Source: Bacilli bacterium
Lineage (GTDB): Bacteria; Bacillota_I; Bacilli_A; RF39; UBA660
Direction: 5' to 3'
Length of the DNA stretch: 64,000 bases
Assembly (NCBI GenBank): GCA_016302505.1
Contig: JAEDNL010000002.1
Coordinates: 297-64,296, forward strand
Positions within the stretch are counted from its first letter, which is position 1, and each line of letters starts with the position of its first letter. Positions 63,503 through 64,000 of the stretch are shown in pieces. The notes under the pieces are model-generated. The model was not told the DNA's origin, ran no database searches, and was given only the letters and a program-made list of their open reading frames with translations. The translations under genes and the position numbers were made by a program.

Positions 63503-64000
63503 ATGAAAGTAGCTATATTAGGTTGTGGAGCATATGGACTAGCTCTTGCAAGTATACTTGTTAAAAATAAAGTAGATGTATCTATGTGGTCTTATAAAGA
63601 AGAAGAAAAAGATTCATTAGTTAAATCAAGAAAAAGTGATAAGCTAAAAGGCTATAAGATACCTAAATGTATTAATTTCAGTACTGATATGAAAGATGTA
63701 ATAAGTGATAAAGATTTAATTGTGATCGCAGTTCCTACATTTTCGTTTGAAAGTACAGTTATAGAATTAAAAAAATATATAAGTAAAAATCAACCTGTTT
63801 TAATTGCAACAAAAGGTATTCAACAAGATACATGTTTATTTTTACATGATGTATTTAAAAAACATTGTAAAAATAAAATAGCAGTTATATCAGGACCTTC
63901 TTTCGCAGTAGATATTGTAAAAGAAGTACCAATTGGTTTAAGTCTTGCTACTAAATATAACTCAGTAGATATAATAGTTAGAAAGTGTTTTGAGAATGAA
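63503..64000 (+). CDS. gpsA: NAD(P)H-dependent glycerol-3-phosphate dehydrogenase (5' part; runs off the window)
   Basis: ATG 63503 follows AAGGAG. MKVAILGCGAYGLALASIL Rossmann start, LIATKGI, ISGPSFAVDI. The frame stays open to the window end. Confidence 0.8.
   Translation, partial: MKVAILGCGAYGLALASILVKNKVDVSMWSYKEEEKDSLVKSRKSDKLKGYKIPKCINFSTDMKDVISDKDLIVIAVPTFSFESTVIELKKYISKNQPVLIATKGIQQDTCLFLHDVFKKHCKNKIAVISGPSFAVDIVKEVPIGLSLATKYNSVDIIVRKCFENE

Overview
This is a very AT-rich chromosomal segment of Bacillota (Firmicute) type: GGAGG-like RBSs, a T-box leader, teichoic-acid genes and a BclA-like collagen protein. I saw no rRNA, tRNA, CRISPR, integrase or transposase. Recognisable housekeeping genes are htrA, T-box-metG, a NitT/TauT-type ABC importer, pcrA, queG, tagD, ltaS, an LCP ligase, tagO and gpsA. 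They frame two large same-strand accessory islands that encode cell-surface machinery. Island 1 (about 9.1-26.1 kb) is a SipW/TasA-like fibre locus. It has two SipW-type signal peptidases, five secreted or anchored paralogues with SipW-type signal peptides or a shared W-x-E-G-x-D-x-x-C motif, and a 2443-aa TasA-like/BspA-LRR/CBM2-like giant. Embedded in it is a membrane-tethered McrB-type AAA+ GTPase and an McrC-N-terminal-like partner with no nuclease motif I could find. Island 2 (about 33.2-52.7 kb) is a Tad/Flp-type (type IVc) pilus-like core: two CpaB, TadA/CpaF, TadB, TadC, a pilin, a pseudopilin and a TadZ-like protein. Upstream of that core lie a membrane-tethered class-B-sortase-domain protein and a tandemly duplicated three-gene module. 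Each module encodes a small anchored Cys protein, a 1063-aa secreted protein with roughly 36-40 Cys, and a pilin-like anchored protein. I regard these two islands as the candidate undescribed systems. Other notable items are a BclA-like collagen protein next to a GT2-TPR glycosyltransferase, an adjacent cohesin/dockerin pair involving a GH73 autolysin, and a frameshifted Sfp-type PPTase. All functional calls rest on motifs read by eye, and no database search was possible.
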